Source: Amoebidium appalachense (taxonomy: Eukaryota > Protista > Ichthyosporea). Taken from it: a stretch of 64,000 bases of DNA. Shown here one piece after another: positions 1-13,100 of this stretch (positions are counted from its first letter, which is position 1; every line of letters begins with the position of its first letter). The stretch covers positions 7,551,437 to 7,615,436 of the forward strand of contig CAVNZM010000011.1 of NCBI GenBank assembly GCA_963693365.1. Reading direction: 5' to 3'. The notes below the pieces were generated by a model. It was not told where the DNA came from. It worked only from the letters and a program-made list of their open reading frames with translations, and did no database searches. The position numbers and the translations under genes are program-made.

Positions 1-113
1 CGCGGTGACAGTTCCTTCTGGGCTGTTGCTACACCTTAGAAACACAATGAAAAAAAAAAAAAAAAAAAAAAACACAATAAAAAAAACCACACGAGTAGGG
101 CACACACAACAAC

Positions 114-731
114 ATGGCTAAGTTTAACGTAGATATGTTCTACGCGTTGGCAGCGGAGGATAGCTCCCTACACACACAGATACCACAGGTCCACACACTA
201 GACGTGAGGCAAACCACCGCTTTTAGCTTCATACTTAAACACGACTCGGAAATACCACGGTGGCTTAATAGGACACTTGTAGCAAACACACCCACACTAG
301 TGACAGATGCTAAGAAGGCCCCTACTGTGGCGGCCTCTTGCTTAATGATTAAGCAGTGCATCGACCACAAAACGATGGCCGACCTGTGCACCCTCATGGA
401 GGAGCACCCGTACAGGGCCGAGCAGGCCCCCCAGGTGACGGCTCGTATCTACGAGCAGCAGTACGACGAGGAGAGAGACGAGATGGTGTCCCGTACGCTC
501 GGCCAGAAACGTCTGGCAGCACGGTTCATCTCCGACGACGAGGACGAGAACAACACCGACGACGTCGACGGTGAGCTCGAGGCCTTCACCAGGCCCGAGA
601 ACGAGCTCGAGTACACGGCCAGGCTCGTCGACAGATACCTGACGGCCGACCGGCGCCGTACGTTCAGGGCCCAGCTAAGGGAATGGAAGTACACCTTTCC
701 CACTTTAGATATGTCCCCTGTAGAAGCTTGA
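114..731 (+). CDS. Hypothetical intronless protein, 205 aa, acidic C-terminal half
   Basis: ATG in CAACATGG context. The ORF is non-repetitive with coding-like codon usage. No domain recognised. Confidence 0.45.
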   Translation: MAKFNVDMFYALAAEDSSLHTQIPQVHTLDVRQTTAFSFILKHDSEIPRWLNRTLVANTPTLVTDAKKAPTVAASCLMIKQCIDHKTMADLCTLMEEHPYRAEQAPQVTARIYEQQYDEERDEMVSRTLGQKRLAARFISDDEDENNTDDVDGELEAFTRPENELEYTARLVDRYLTADRRRTFRAQLREWKYTFPTLDMSPVEA

Positions 732-1244
732 CTGCATTCTTTGAAAGGGAGTATCGGGTCTTTGAAGGCCTTTGTGAGCTAGCTGGTGACGTGAGTGCTA
801 GGGAAAAGGGTTCGAGTTTGCTCGTAAACCTCTCTCTGTAAATACAGACACTGCACGCATGTTTGGGGAGCATGATGATGTGGATGAGGTGGTGTTGCAT
901 GTTTAACGTCACTTGCTTGCCATGCACGAGGTGAAGTTTTTTTTTTTTTTTTTTTTTTTTTTCACGTTTTGTTCCCGGAGGGCCTTTTCAGGCCCTCTCT
1001 AGTAGGGAAACTACCGTCTACCACACAGCACCGACAGTACACTAGTTAAGGTGCTATCTATGAGTTCAGCTAAGCTAAACCATCCTTCACAACCTAACTA
1101 TAAGTACACACTTTGCCCAGGGCTACTACCCCAGCCACGCCGGCAGGAGGCTCCAGTCCTCCCCTCCATTCAAAACCTAGCAATAAACGTTAACCGAGGG
1201 CTCTCATTGGTCGATCTACAGTATTGGGAAGTCCTAGGTGTTGC

Positions 1245-2446
1245 ACGTCGGCCGGTTCGCTATGAGGGCCCGCCCGGCCGGTTCGCCACGGATACAAGCG
1301 GTTCAGGGCGGATCCGGGCCAAAATTCGCCGAGAGCCGCGAAAGATCTGCAGCCAATTACACAAGCCATTCGACGCGATCTGTGTAATGCGAATGCCCAG
1401 CTCACGGCAGAGACACTCCTGACAGGCACCCAATCGATCGGAGCGCGGCGAAAGCATGAAACAGGATATAGCAATAAACAATAACACATAGATTTGAAGT
1501 ATGTAAAAGGCTTTAAAGAATATTAAAACACCGTACGTACAGGTATGCACATGCACGCGAACAAGGACAATGTCGCCGCAAGTGTGAGTCTAGGTCCTTG
1601 CTTGTTATATAGAACGCATGCCGACCAATCAAACCACGCTTGAGCGTTGCAAAATCCCTTTTTCATGATCGCGGTGCCACTCCTACCTGCCCATTCCTAT
1701 TCAGTATTTAAGCTAAATTAAATAGTAATATAATGATTTTTATCATTTATTTATACATTATATTTATTATTTGTAGATTATATGTACAATGTCGACCGTA
1801 ACTACATGCTCCTTAGCGTCCTTTGCTTTGTCACCAATATGTGAGCCGAAAATTCCCATTTACCCGCATATTTCTTAGTTCTCGTCTATGATTGGTTCAC
1901 GTAAACAATTTCTTATCGCTTTGTTACCATCTTGCCACCCGCCGCACTGATCAGTTTCAGATGACGAGTGGCTCACACGCTGTGCAGTACAGCGGCCGAC
2001 GCAGTTTGTTGCCGTTTTTCACTTTTTTACGGCTGAAAACCGGCCAAAGCGCGTCCTTCCTGTGTCGCATAAAGACAAACAACCATAGGTCAAATTTTGC
2101 ACATAAGCTTGTAAGCCAATGACCTTGGGGTTTACCAAGTTTCAACTCGATCTGACATTGGGTTGTCACGCTACAGTGTCACCAATTTTCGGGTCGCACC
2201 TCAAACCAAGAAAAGGTACCATCGCTTTTGTGAGCTTTGCCAAAAAACCCAATGTCAGAATTGATTGAAAATTTACAGAATAAGAGTTTACATATATATT
2301 TAGTACGTAGCATATTTTGGTGGAAAACTGTTAGAGATTTCTCTCTCCACAATTTCTCAAATTATATGCAAAATGTTCGGGTCGGGGACTTTTGGCCCGA
2401 TTTGCCGGCCCGGCCGGGCGGGCCATCATAGCGAACCGGCCGACGT
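1245..2446. mobile_element. Non-autonomous DNA transposon (MITE-like), ~1.2 kb
   Basis: 37-bp terminal inverted repeats at 1245-1281 and 2410-2446 (ACGTCGGCCGGTTCGCTATGA[G/T]GGCCCGCCCGGCCGG, 1 mismatch), plus a subterminal CGGGCCAAAA match. AT-rich interior with no transposase. Confidence 0.75.
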
Positions 2447-2460
2447 CTTGTGTATAATAT

Positions 2461-3449
2461 TTACGGTGGGTATGGGTGGATGATGGGGTGTGGTGGTGGT
2501 GGTGGTGGGGGGTTGCTGCCTAACATTATGTGTTGTTGTACGTATGTTGTGGCGATGTTTTTGTGGACTAAAAGGTGGGTTTTACAGGGCACACCGGATC
2601 TGTGTGTGTTCCGGCAGTCAGAACAGGCCGGCCGGGTGTGTGTGGGGGGTGTATTTGTTGGTGTTTTGGGTTTTTGGAGAGCCATACTTTTCTTTCTACG
2701 GGTGGTGGGTATATGGTGGTGTTTTTGCATTTTGGGGTGGGTGGGGGGGAGTGTTGTGTTCCGTGGGTGCCAAATTTTTGAAAAGAAGAAGGATTGCAAC
2801 TCTACTGTGATTTTTCCTAAGATGGCCCGGGTGGTGGTCTTGGTGGTGCCGGTGGCTGCAAGTAGTGGGCCCACCGATCGTGGGCAGAATCCCCGTTCGA
2901 CCCACTTGGTGTCTTCGGGGTCAGGTGGGTCACCGTTGCCTCCTATCCAGTTTATCCATGCACATTGGTCTACCACCGTGGCTGCCGTATGGTGGTGCTG
3001 TGCCGTGGGGGTGTTCAAATTTGGATGACGAGTGTGCAGGACGTTGTGGATGCAGGCTGTGATGGCGGTGGTCAGGGTGGGGACTTCCCCGGCATGGGCC
3101 GGGCAGGCCCAGAGGTGGGTGGTGGTCTCAGGGTGCTGGCTGCACCGGGGGCATGTGGGCTGTGTAACGACGGTGGGGTGATCTCGGTGTAGCCGTGCTA
3201 TGGTAGGCAGGGTGCCCATGGCCAGGGACAGGCTACGAGTGTTTCCTCTGACTGCCCCGATGGTTGCCTGTGTGGGCCCCTTGTTGAGCTTGAGGGGGTT
3301 CCGTTCGGCTGGGAGCAGTCTGGGGTCGGCTAGTATGGACATAGTCTTGGTCTTGCCGGCCATGTCGGTGAGGAAGTCCTTGTTCAACCGGTTCAGTGTA
3401 CCGGGAATGTTGCCGGGGATACGGTGGCCTTGTAGTCGTAGGAAGTATT

Positions 3450-3450
<1 letters not shown>
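2461..3450 (-). pseudogene. LINE ORF2 C-terminus with CCHC zinc knuckle
   Basis: TLPT...CPRCSQHPETTTHLWAC motif typical of non-LTR ORF2 C-termini. Confidence 0.8.
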
Positions 3451-3498
<48 letters not shown>

Positions 3499-3560
3499 GG
3501 CCGGAGGTAGGGGGGGGGGGGGGGGGGGAGGACTCTTCCTGCATTGGCTGCCTTGTCTGC

Positions 3561-5960
3561 ACAGTGGCCCCCCTGCAGTACCGCAAATCCCCGGGAGCAC
3601 CACCCCTACCCATTCAGATCGAGCCCCCAGATGCGCACATCAGAGTGCTAGGGGTCAACATCACCCTCCAACGACACACCCGGCCCAACGATGGGAAGGC
3701 CATGCAGCTGACATTACAGGCCACCACCATACTAGCCCGTAAAATGCTGGCACACAGCCAAGTGATCTACGTAGCCAACACTGAGTGTGGTGGCCCCGGC
3801 CATCCTCTTCCTCCTCAAAGGGTCAGTTATTAGCAACACGTGACCATGCAGGCAATCGACAGCAAGTGGAGAGACCTACTCCGTCGGAAGTGTGGTTTCC
3901 ACCGGAGCACCCCGTCCGGGCTGCTACACCATCCCACTCTAGGGGGACTGGCCAGCATCGTCGAATCAGCAGCAAGCACCATGGTCACGGAGCTGTGTGC
4001 CCTGCTGGAAACACCAGGACCAGCAGGGGACGTGGTCCGGTACCGAGCCTGGCAGCAGCAACACGTGACAGGCCTACCCTACCCACCCCTGCAAGCACCC
4101 CCAGCCAAACTTTACAGGCTAGGGGGAAAGCAGCTCCACAACTATTGGGCCCATATCACGGGGATCCTTCACGAGCGGCACCTGAGTATTGGGGAAACCC
4201 CCCCCCCAAAAAACACAAGCACCCCCACCCCACCCCGGGCCCCCCCCCTCCCCCCAAGGAGAAGGAGGGGGAAGCAGCAACAACAACCAGCACCCCTATC
4301 AACACCGTTTTCCCGGACCACACCTTTGCGGCCCACATCGGCCCCCACACACACCCCCGTCAACTCTCCACGGTGGAGGACACCATGGTACGGCCGGGGG
4401 TGTTCCGGGCGTTCCCCGAACTGCCCCACCCCCCAGACCTACTACACCCGGGAGCTACACAGTGGTACATGTCCATCATCAAGGGGGCCATCCCCATCGC
4501 AGACAAACTACGGCCAGCACCCAGACCACACACCCACCACACCATTGACCTCGTGGCAAACCACCCCGTTGGTGCATTCGTGGTGGAAATAGTTAAGAAC
4601 GGGCAATACGAACTCAGCCAGGTGGTGGCCCACACCACCCACAACGGGGAGGCTTGGGTCAAAATAGCCCATCTACGGGACAACACAGATGAGGAGGGGC
4701 TGAGATGGCACCGACCCACGTGGAACGACCCACATGGAACAGCCCATTTCCGCTTTTGCCCTGGTGACTGCAAATACGGCCACTCCCCATGGAACCTAGC
4801 CTACACCCCGGCCACCCTCTCCCCCAACCCCGGGTACGCAGACGGAGAGGGGGAAGGGTTAGACACGGAGCCAGAATCGGAGTCGACGGGGCCCAGCGAC
4901 GACTCCGACGACTCAGAGGACTCTAACACCGACAGCACCAGCAGCAAATACGAGCCCCCTGAGCCCCCAGCCGATAACCACACCCACAACAAGCAGTGTG
5001 TCGGGTGGACCCGTGCTGTGGAGGTGATACGGGCAGACCCCTACGTGGCCTTCAAGACCCGAATCACCACCCACATGGTAGTCCCGAAGTACCATAAGGA
5101 CTTCATCAACACCGACAGTATCGACATCTACCAAGTCATCGCACTGAAGGATGGCTCCGATCCGGCCGAGCAGTGGAGGAAGATACACCATTTTCGGCGG
5201 CATCTTCCTCCCCACCAACAGGCATCACCCCAGATGCTCCACCTGCAAGCCAACGAGGAAGCCACACCCTTACCGGGGGACCTCCCCGGCCCACCCCCCC
5301 CCAGCAGCCACCACCGGTAGGGTCACCACCAGGACACAAGTGCACGGCCCACCCGGCTGACCTGCCGAGCCCACCCACTCCCCGTAGGCTCACCTACACC
5401 GACTTGGTGCCCCAGGCCACCTATGACGAGTGGCAGCAGCAAATCACCCTGATCCCCCCAGACCAACCGATCACCGTTTATACGGACGGCAGCCTCATCC
5501 ACCCGGGCAGGAGGATAGCCCAGGCCGGAGCCGGGGCTGTGCTGGACACCCCGGACCGGAAAGCACCACCAGTGACGGCCAAGACCAGGCTCCATACGGC
5601 CCTATCATCCACCCAAGCCGAACTCACAGGGGTACTACTAGCCCTCCTGCTCACCCCCACCACCACCCCCATCCACATCTTGAAGCTCGATAACCTCGGA
5701 GTAGTCGACCGATGGACGGCAAATATAGACCCCACCACACCCCGTCGACGTAAGCTAAAGTTCTCCCACATAGTGGAATGGGCTCACGTACGAGACCAAC
5801 TCTCTCTCCGGCAACCACTGGCAGGCTCTGTACAGGTATCGTGGGTGAAGGGGCACCAATCCAACACCAAACGGTACGGTCAACGGAATAACGAGGCAGA
5901 CAAGGCAGCCAATGCAGGAAGAGTCCTCCCCCCCCTCCCCCCCCCCCTACCTCCGGCCCC
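3561..5960 (+). pseudogene. Inverted internal LINE segment including the RNase H domain (~5470-5920)
   Basis: Motifs VYTDGS, SSTQAEL, LDNLGVV, WVKGH and NNEADKAA lie on the strand opposite the rest of ORF2. Confidence 0.85.
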
Positions 5961-6831
5961 GGGGGGGGGGGGGGGGGGGGGGGGGGGAACACCCCCGGCC
6001 GTACCATGGTGTCCTCCACCGTGGAGAGTTGACGGGGGTGTGTGTGGGGGCCGATGTGGGCCGCAAAGGTGTGGTCCGGGAAAACGGTGTTGATAGGGGT
6101 GCTGGTTGTTGTTGCTGCTTCCCCTCCTTCTCCTTGGGGGGGGGGGGGGGGGCCCGGGGTGGGGTGGGGGTGCTTGTGTTTTTTGGGGGGGGGGTTTCCC
6201 CAATACTCAGGTGCCGCTCGTGAAGGATCCCCGTGATATGGGCCCAATAGTTGTGGAGCTGCTTTCCCCCTAGCCTGTAAAGTTTGGCTGGGGGTGCTTG
6301 CAGGGGTGGGTAGGGTAGGCCTGTCACGTGTTGCTGCTGCCAGGCTCGGTACCGGACCACGTCCCCTGCTGGTCCTGGTGTTTCCAGCAGGGCACACAGC
6401 TCCGTGACCATGGTGCTTGCTGCTGATTCGACGATGCTGGCCAGTCCCCCTAGAGTGGGATGGTGTAGCAGCCCGGACGGGGTGCTCCGGTGGAAACCAC
6501 ACTTCCGACGGAGTAGGTCTCTCCACTTGCTGTCGATTGCCTGCATGGTCACGTGTTGCTAATAACTGACCCTTTGAGGAGGAAGAGGATGGCCGGGGCC
6601 ACCACACTCAGTGTTGGCTACGTAGATCACTTGGCTGTGTGCCAGCATTTTACGGGCTAGTATGGTGGTGGCCTGTAATGTCAGCTGCATGGCCTTCCCA
6701 TCGTTGGGCCGGGTGTGTCGTTGGAGGGTGATGTTGACCCCTAGCACTCTGATGTGCGCATCTGGGGGCTCGATCTGAATGGGTAGGGGTGGTGCTCCCG
6801 GGGATTTGCGGTACTGCAGGGGGGCCACTGT
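3561..6831. repeat. ~845-bp inverted duplication (3561-4406 vs 5986-6831)
   Basis: Near-identical reverse-complement sequence. The ORF track shows the same peptides on both strands (3785+/6607-, 3840+/6552-). Confidence 0.9.
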
Positions 6832-8180
6832 TGCCCGTGTTGGAGTACCACGGGCGAGGACTGAAAACTTGTCTGGGTGTGGTTCCAAGTCATGGTAGTA
6901 AAAAAAGGGGGCAGATAAGTCGAGAGTTTGCTGGATGCTCTCCTTGTTGGGGCCAAACCATGTTGTGTCGTCGGCGAAGGCTACACTGGCAGACGTCACA
7001 CACGTGTTTGTGCCGGTGTGTGGTGCTGTGTCTGTGGGGGTAGGTGGAAAGTGTCCCCCTTGCCGTGCCTTTTGATGGCTGTCAAAACTGGATCGTAGAA
7101 AATAATCCACAGAATGGGGGAGAGGACAGCCCCTTGGGCCAGGCCGTTTTCAACAGGGAAAGACTCAGTGTGCCCCTGGTCTGTGCACACCGTGGCCGTA
7201 CGATTGTGCCACATGTGCCGGAGGAGGGTGATTAGCTGGGGGTCGGTGCCCAGGCGGGTGAGCCCCAGTTCCACCGAGGGCCAAGACACCGTGTCATATG
7301 CCCTCTTAATGTCCTGTTGGACGATCCATAGTTCCTGGTCGTGGTCTATGGCATCATCTATCGTCTCTCGGATGATAGCCAGCGCCCCGTCGATACCCGG
7401 GCCCGGCACGAACCCGAAATTCCCCCCCGGGAGGAGGGTGGGGTGCTGCCGGAAGATCGAGAGTAGGCGCTGGTTGATGACCGATTCTAGCAGCTTCCGT
7501 GCCGTTTCCAAGAGTGCTATCGGTCGGGTTTTGTCGAAGTCACTTTCCCATTCCCCTTTCGGTAGGGGATGGATGGTGTGGTGCAGCCATGACCTCGGTG
7601 TGGTCCCCGTGGCCAGACATCCGTTGATGATATGTAGGAGCCGTGCTAGCCCTTTTGGCCCCAGGTGTTGGAAGTATTCGTACAGTAACTGGATTTCCGT
7701 TGGGCCGGGGGCCTTCCCTCCCTGTCGGCTTTGGACGATCTGTTGGAGCTCGTCGTGGGTGGCCGGGTGCATTATAGACCCTAATGGGGAGTCTTCGGGG
7801 GGGATCGGTCGATAGATGTCAGCCCACCTTGGGTCGGCGAGCATCTCCTCGATGTGTGGGTTCCTGCGGGCCGTCCTCCGGTGATAAGTTCCACGAATGA
7901 CGGTCTCCGTGTCAGCCCACTCCGTGAGGTACTCAGTGCCCGTTGTGGTGACGTGCTTGACTAACGTAGCCGAGACGTTCACACTCCCCCGGTCTAAAAT
8001 GCTGCTTAGTGCTCGCCGGAGTTCGTCCACCATACGCTTGCACCGTGCTTCTGCTGCTGCTGTTGCCCGTAGCCAAAGGAGTTTTTGCCGTTTCCTTCGG
8101 AGTTGGGACCTGTATAGTTGTAGTTGCTCCCGCATGGTTTCCTCCCACTCCTCCCACTGCCTCCCTGTCTGAGACAGGTG
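6559..8180 (-). pseudogene. Non-LTR reverse transcriptase domain, frameshifted near 7010
   Basis: GKAPGP, RPIALLE, QDIKRAYDTV and GLAQGAVLSP in one frame; catalytic FADDT in the next frame. Confidence 0.92.
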
Positions 8181-11100
8181 GGCTGCTGGGGGGGTGGGCG
8201 GGGTGCTGCTGCCGCGTGGGTAACCCGTGCCGTGCCTGCTGGCCAGGGCTGCACTCTGCTGCTGTGGGCCGTTGCGGCTGCGTGGGTGTGGTCTGTAGCT
8301 GTTGGTTGCCCGTGGGTGGCCCTGGCGGGGTCTGCAGGCGGGGTGGCCCCTGCATTGGCTGCCGGTGTGGGCTGCCTGCTTGGGCTTCAGCCTGCGGCTG
8401 CTGCTGCTGGCTTGGTTGCTCCTGTTGGTGCTGTCTGCTGGGTGGCCCGTGCTGGGCCTGCCGGCCGGGGCTGCAATCTGCTGCTGCATGCAGCTGCTGC
8501 AGTGTGGGTGTGATTTGTTGCTGCTGGCCGGGTGGCCTTGGCGGGGCCTACAGGCTGGGTGGCCCCTGCTGTGACTGCCGGTGTGGGCTGCCTGCTAGGG
8601 CTGCAGCCTGAGGCTGCTGCTGCTGGCTTGGTGGCTCCTGTTGGTACTGTCGGCTGGGGGGGCCGTGCTGGGCCGGCCGGCCGGGGCTGCACACTGCTGC
8701 TGCAGGCAGCTGCGGCAGTGTGGGTGGGGTCGGTTGCTGCTGGCTGGGTGGCCCCTGCTGTGGCTGCCGGTGTGGGCTGCCTGCTGGGGGTGCAACCTGA
8801 GGATGCTGCTGCCAGTGCTGGCTTGAAGGCTCCTGTTCGTGCTGTCGGCTGGGTGGCCCGTGCTGGGCCGGCCGGCCGGGGCTGCGATCTGCTGCCGCAG
8901 GCAGCTGGTGCAGTGGGGGTGTGGTCGGTTGCTGCTGGCTGGGTGGCCTTGGCGGGGCCTGCAGGCTGGGTGGCCCCTGCTGTGACTGCCGGTGTGGGCT
9001 GCCTGCTGGGGCTGCAGCCTGTGGCTGCTGCTGCTCGCTTGGTGGCACCTGTTTGTGCTGTCGGTTGGGTGGCCCGTGCTGGGCCGGCCGGCCGGGGCTG
9101 CAATCTGCTGCTGCAGGCAGCCACTGCAGTGTGGGTGTGGTCGTTTGCTGCTGGCTGGGTGACCCTGGCAGGGCCTGCAGGCTGGGTGGCCCCTGCTGTG
9201 GCTGCCGGTGTGGGCTGCCTGCTGAGGCTGCAGCCTGAGGCTGCTGCTGCTGACTGGGTGGCTCCTGTTGGTGCTGTCGGCTGGGTGGCCCGTGCTGGGC
9301 CTGCCGGCCGGAGCTGCCCGTCGCTGCTGCAGGCGGCTGCTGCAGTGTGGGTGTGGTCGGTTGTTGCTGGTTGGGTGGCCCTGGCAGGGCCTGCAGGCTG
9401 GGTGGCCCCTGCTGTGGCTGCCGTGGTGGGCTGCGTGCTGGGACTACAGCCTGAAGCTGCTGCTGCCAGCTGGGTGGCTCCTGCTGGTGCTGTCGGCTGG
9501 GTGACCCGTGCTGGGCCTGCCGGCCGGGGTTACCCTCCGCTTCTGCAGGCAGCTGCTGCAGTGTGGGTGTGGTCGGTTGCTGCCGGCCAGGTGGCCCTGG
9601 CAGGGCCTGCAGGCTGGGTGGCTCCTGCTGTGGCTGCCGGTGTGGGCTGCCTGCTGGGGCTGCAGCCCGAGGCTGCTGCTGCTGGTTTGGCGGCTCCTGT
9701 CGGTGCTGTCGGCTGGATGGCCCGTCCTGGGCCTACCGGCTGGGGTTGCAGTCTGCTAGCTGCTGCTGCTGCCGTGTGGGTGTGGTCGGTTGCTGCTGGC
9801 TGGGTTGTTCTGGCAGGGCCTGCAGGCTGGGTGGCCCCTGCTGTGGCTGCAGGTGTGGGCTGTCTGCTGGGGCTACAGCCTGAGGCTGCTGTTGCTGGCG
9901 GGGTGGCTCCTGTTGGTGCTGTCGGCTGGGTGGCCCGTGCTGGGCCTGCCGGCCGGGGCTGCACGCCGCCGCTGCAGGCAGCTGCTGCAGTGTGGGTGTG
10001 GTCGGTTGTTGCTGGCTGGGTGGCCCTGGCAGGGCCTGCAGGCTGGGTGGCCCCTGCTGTGGCTGCCGGTGAGGGCTGCCTGCTGGGGCTACAGCCTGCG
10101 GCGGCTGCTGCTGGCTTGGTGGCTCCTGTTGGTACTGTCGGCTGGGTGGCCCGTGCTGGGCCGGCCGGCCGGGGCTGCAATCTGCTGCTGCAGGCAGCTG
10201 CTGCAGTGTAGATGTGATCTGTTGCTGCTGGCTGGGTGGCCCATGCAGGGCCTTCAGGCTGGGTGGCCCCTGTTGTGGGCTGCTGGCGGGGGCTTCAGCC
10301 TGAGGCTGCTGTTGCTGGCTTGGTGGCTCCTGTTGGTGCTGTCGACTGGGTGGCCCATGCTGGTCCTGCCGGCCGGGGCTGCCTGCTGGGGCAGCGGCAG
10401 GCTGATGCAGCAAAGTGGGTGTGGGTTGGTGCTGCTGGGTGGGGCTGCAATCTGCTGCTGCAGGCAGCTGCTGCCGGGTGGGTGTGGTTTGTTGCTGCTG
10501 GTCGGGTGGCCCATGCAGGCCCTGCAGGCTGGGTGGCCCCTGCTGTGGCTGCCGGTGTGGGCTGCCTGCTAGGGCTGCAACCTGAGGCTGCTGCTGCTGG
10601 CTTGGTGGCTCCTGTTGGTACTGTCGGCTGGGTGGCCCGTGCTGGGCCGGCCGGCCGGGGCTGCAAACTGCTGCTGCAGGCAGCTGCTGCAGTGTGGGTG
10701 GGGTCGGTTGCTGCTGGTTGGGTGGCTCTGGCAGGGCCTGCAGGCTGGGTGGCCCCTGCTGTGGCTGCCGGTGTGGGCTGCCGGCAGGGTCTGCAGCCTG
10801 CGGCTGCTGCTGCTGGCTTGGTGGCTCCTGTTCGTGCTGTCGGCTGGGTGGCCCGTGCTGGGCCGTCCGGCCGGGGCTGCAATCTGCTGCCGCAGGCAGC
10901 TGGTGCAGTGTGGGTGTGGTCGGTTGCTGCTGGCTGGGTGGCCCTGGCGGGGCCTGCAGGCTGGGTGGCCCCTGCTGTGACTGCCGGTGTGGGCTGCCTG
11001 CTGGGGCTGCAGCCTGAGGCTGCTGCTGCTGGTTGGGTGGCTCCTGTTGGTTGGGTGGCCCGTGCTGGGCCTGCCGGCCGGGGCTGCACGCTGCTGCTGC

Positions 11101-11580
11101 AGGCGGCTGCTGCAGTGTGGGTGTGGTCGGTTGTTGCTGGCTGGGTGGCCCTGGCAGGGCCTGCAGGCTGGGTGGCCCCTGCTGTGGCTGCCGATGTGGG
11201 CTGCCTGCTGGGGCTGCAGCCTGCGGCTGCTGCTGCTGGCTTGGTGGCTCCTGTTGGTGCTGTCGGCTGGGTGGCCCATGCTGGGCCGGCCGGCCGGGGC
11301 TGCAATCTGCTGCTGCAGGCAGCTGCTGCAGTGGAGGTGTGATCGGTTGCTGCTGGCTAGGTGGCCCATGCAGGGCCTGCAGGCTGGGTGACCCCTGCTG
11401 TGGCTGCCGTTGTGGGCTGCCGGCAGGGGCTTCAGCCTGAGGCTGCTGCTGCTGGCTTGGTGGCTCCTGTTGGTGCTGTCGACTGGGTGGCCCATGCTGG
11501 GCCTGCCTGTTGGGGCTGCCTGCTGGGCCAGCGGCAGGCTGATGCAGCAAAGTGGGTGTGGGTTGGTGCTGCTGGGTGGA
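8180..11580. repeat. Tandem array of ~216-bp (72-codon) units between APE and RT
   Basis: The motif recurs at ~8468, 8684, 8879, 9095, 9311, 9527 and onward. About 15-16 diverged copies. Confidence 0.9.
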
Positions 11581-11599
11581 TCCGGGGTCCCCCTTCTCC

Positions 11600-13100
11600 T
11601 GATACCACCCCGTCTGGGACGGGTGTGCCTGGGGGGGGGGGGGGGGGGGGGGGGGTGTCCTGGGGGGTGGGGGGGATGCCCGGGAGGTTGTTGGGGTCGG
11701 CTGTGTACAGTGGGAGGATGATGGGACTGCTTGTTGGGGGTACCGGTGGGGGGGGCTCCGGAGGGGGAGGGGGTGCTGGCCAGCCATATTGGACGGCCAG
11801 CTCCTTGGCCCTCTCCCAGAAACCCTGTGGATTTGCCGCCCGGTCCGTTGCATTGAGGAGCCGGTGTAGCTCCGCGTGCTCGTTGTCCTCCAGGAAGACC
11901 TTCGTCGGTTTTGACGTGGACTTCTCTGGTTTGCTCTTGGTCCGGCCCACTGTGGTTTTTGCCACCGAGAGAATGGTGGCGGCCATGTACTCCCATCTCC
12001 CTTCCACCTCCGCCTGGGTAGGGGTGGTGGTTGGGGGGGACGTGAAGGCTGCCTCCGTGCCGGTGGTAAAACGTGCCCAGTCCTCCTGTGTGGTGTTCGG
12101 TTTCAGCTGGAGTCTCGGTGTGGGTTGGTTTCGGGTTGGCCCTGGTCCCTGGCCCGGCAGGTTAGGATGGGGCCCGGTTTCGCACCAGGCCAGGTGGTGG
12201 TCGGTGTGAAGATCCGGTAATTCCGTGACGGAGGCTGAGACCAGTGCCGGGCGTAACGCCGCCGGGATGTATACGTAGTCGATGCGTGAGCGGTGGGGAC
12301 CGCTGTGGTACGTATATTCCCTGGTGGTGGGGTGTTCGGCTCGGTAGCTGTCTATGAGTAGATGGGCGTCCATCAGCTCGTGGAGCAGCCCAGGCACGAG
12401 TCCTGTGGGCATTGCCTGTGCTGAAGTGGGGCCGGTTTCGGGCCGTGCCCTGTCCAGAGTTGGGTGGCAAACCTCGTTGAAATCTCCGGCCACGATGACG
12501 GTGGTGTCGTTGGGGGCCGGGAGGGAGGTGAGAAAACTGGCTACCTGTGAGGTGAGTCGGCGGGCCTGTCTGACGTTTCCCTGTGTTGCATTCGTGTGTT
12601 GATAAAGTCCTATCACCCACATTGTGTGCCGTTTTGTGTGATATGGAATAGCTAACATTCGTGCATCTTTGCTATGTGGTTTTCCTTGGTGTCTAAACCA
12701 CGTTTTGTTTGTAAGTATCACCACCCCCGTGTAGCGGAATCGTGTTTCCTAGTCCCGGGCTAGTGACGGTGTGGTTTGGTCATTGGTCGAGCTCTCTGCC
12801 ACCGGGATACCGGCCTCTGAGGCAGAGAGTGTTGTGTGTGTGTGTCCAGTGGTGGTGGCTGGTGGGCATACATACGTGGCACGCATGGGGATACTTTCGT
12901 TTCGAATGGAAAACTTTGTGCGTGTGAAGGAGCCCGGGGTGGTCCCGGTCTCCGTCAGAATGACTACGTCCATGTCTGCAAAGGTGAGCCCACCTGGCTG
13001 CCTCAACGATCTTGTCCTGGCCGGTACGAGTGGTAGGTCCGGCCAGGTTTATAGTTCCAATCCGAATGTGGCTGTGTGGTTTGGCCGGTGGTAAATTTGC
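11600..13100 (-). pseudogene. APE-type endonuclease domain of the LINE, frameshifted
   Basis: IGTINLAG, DVVILTET, GVVIL, VIVAGDFN, SRIDYVY and TDHH, spread across three frames. Confidence 0.9.

Noticed and set aside
8532-11342. 559-aa and 368-aa plus-strand ORFs
   Set aside because: These are antisense shadows of the GC-rich 216-bp array.
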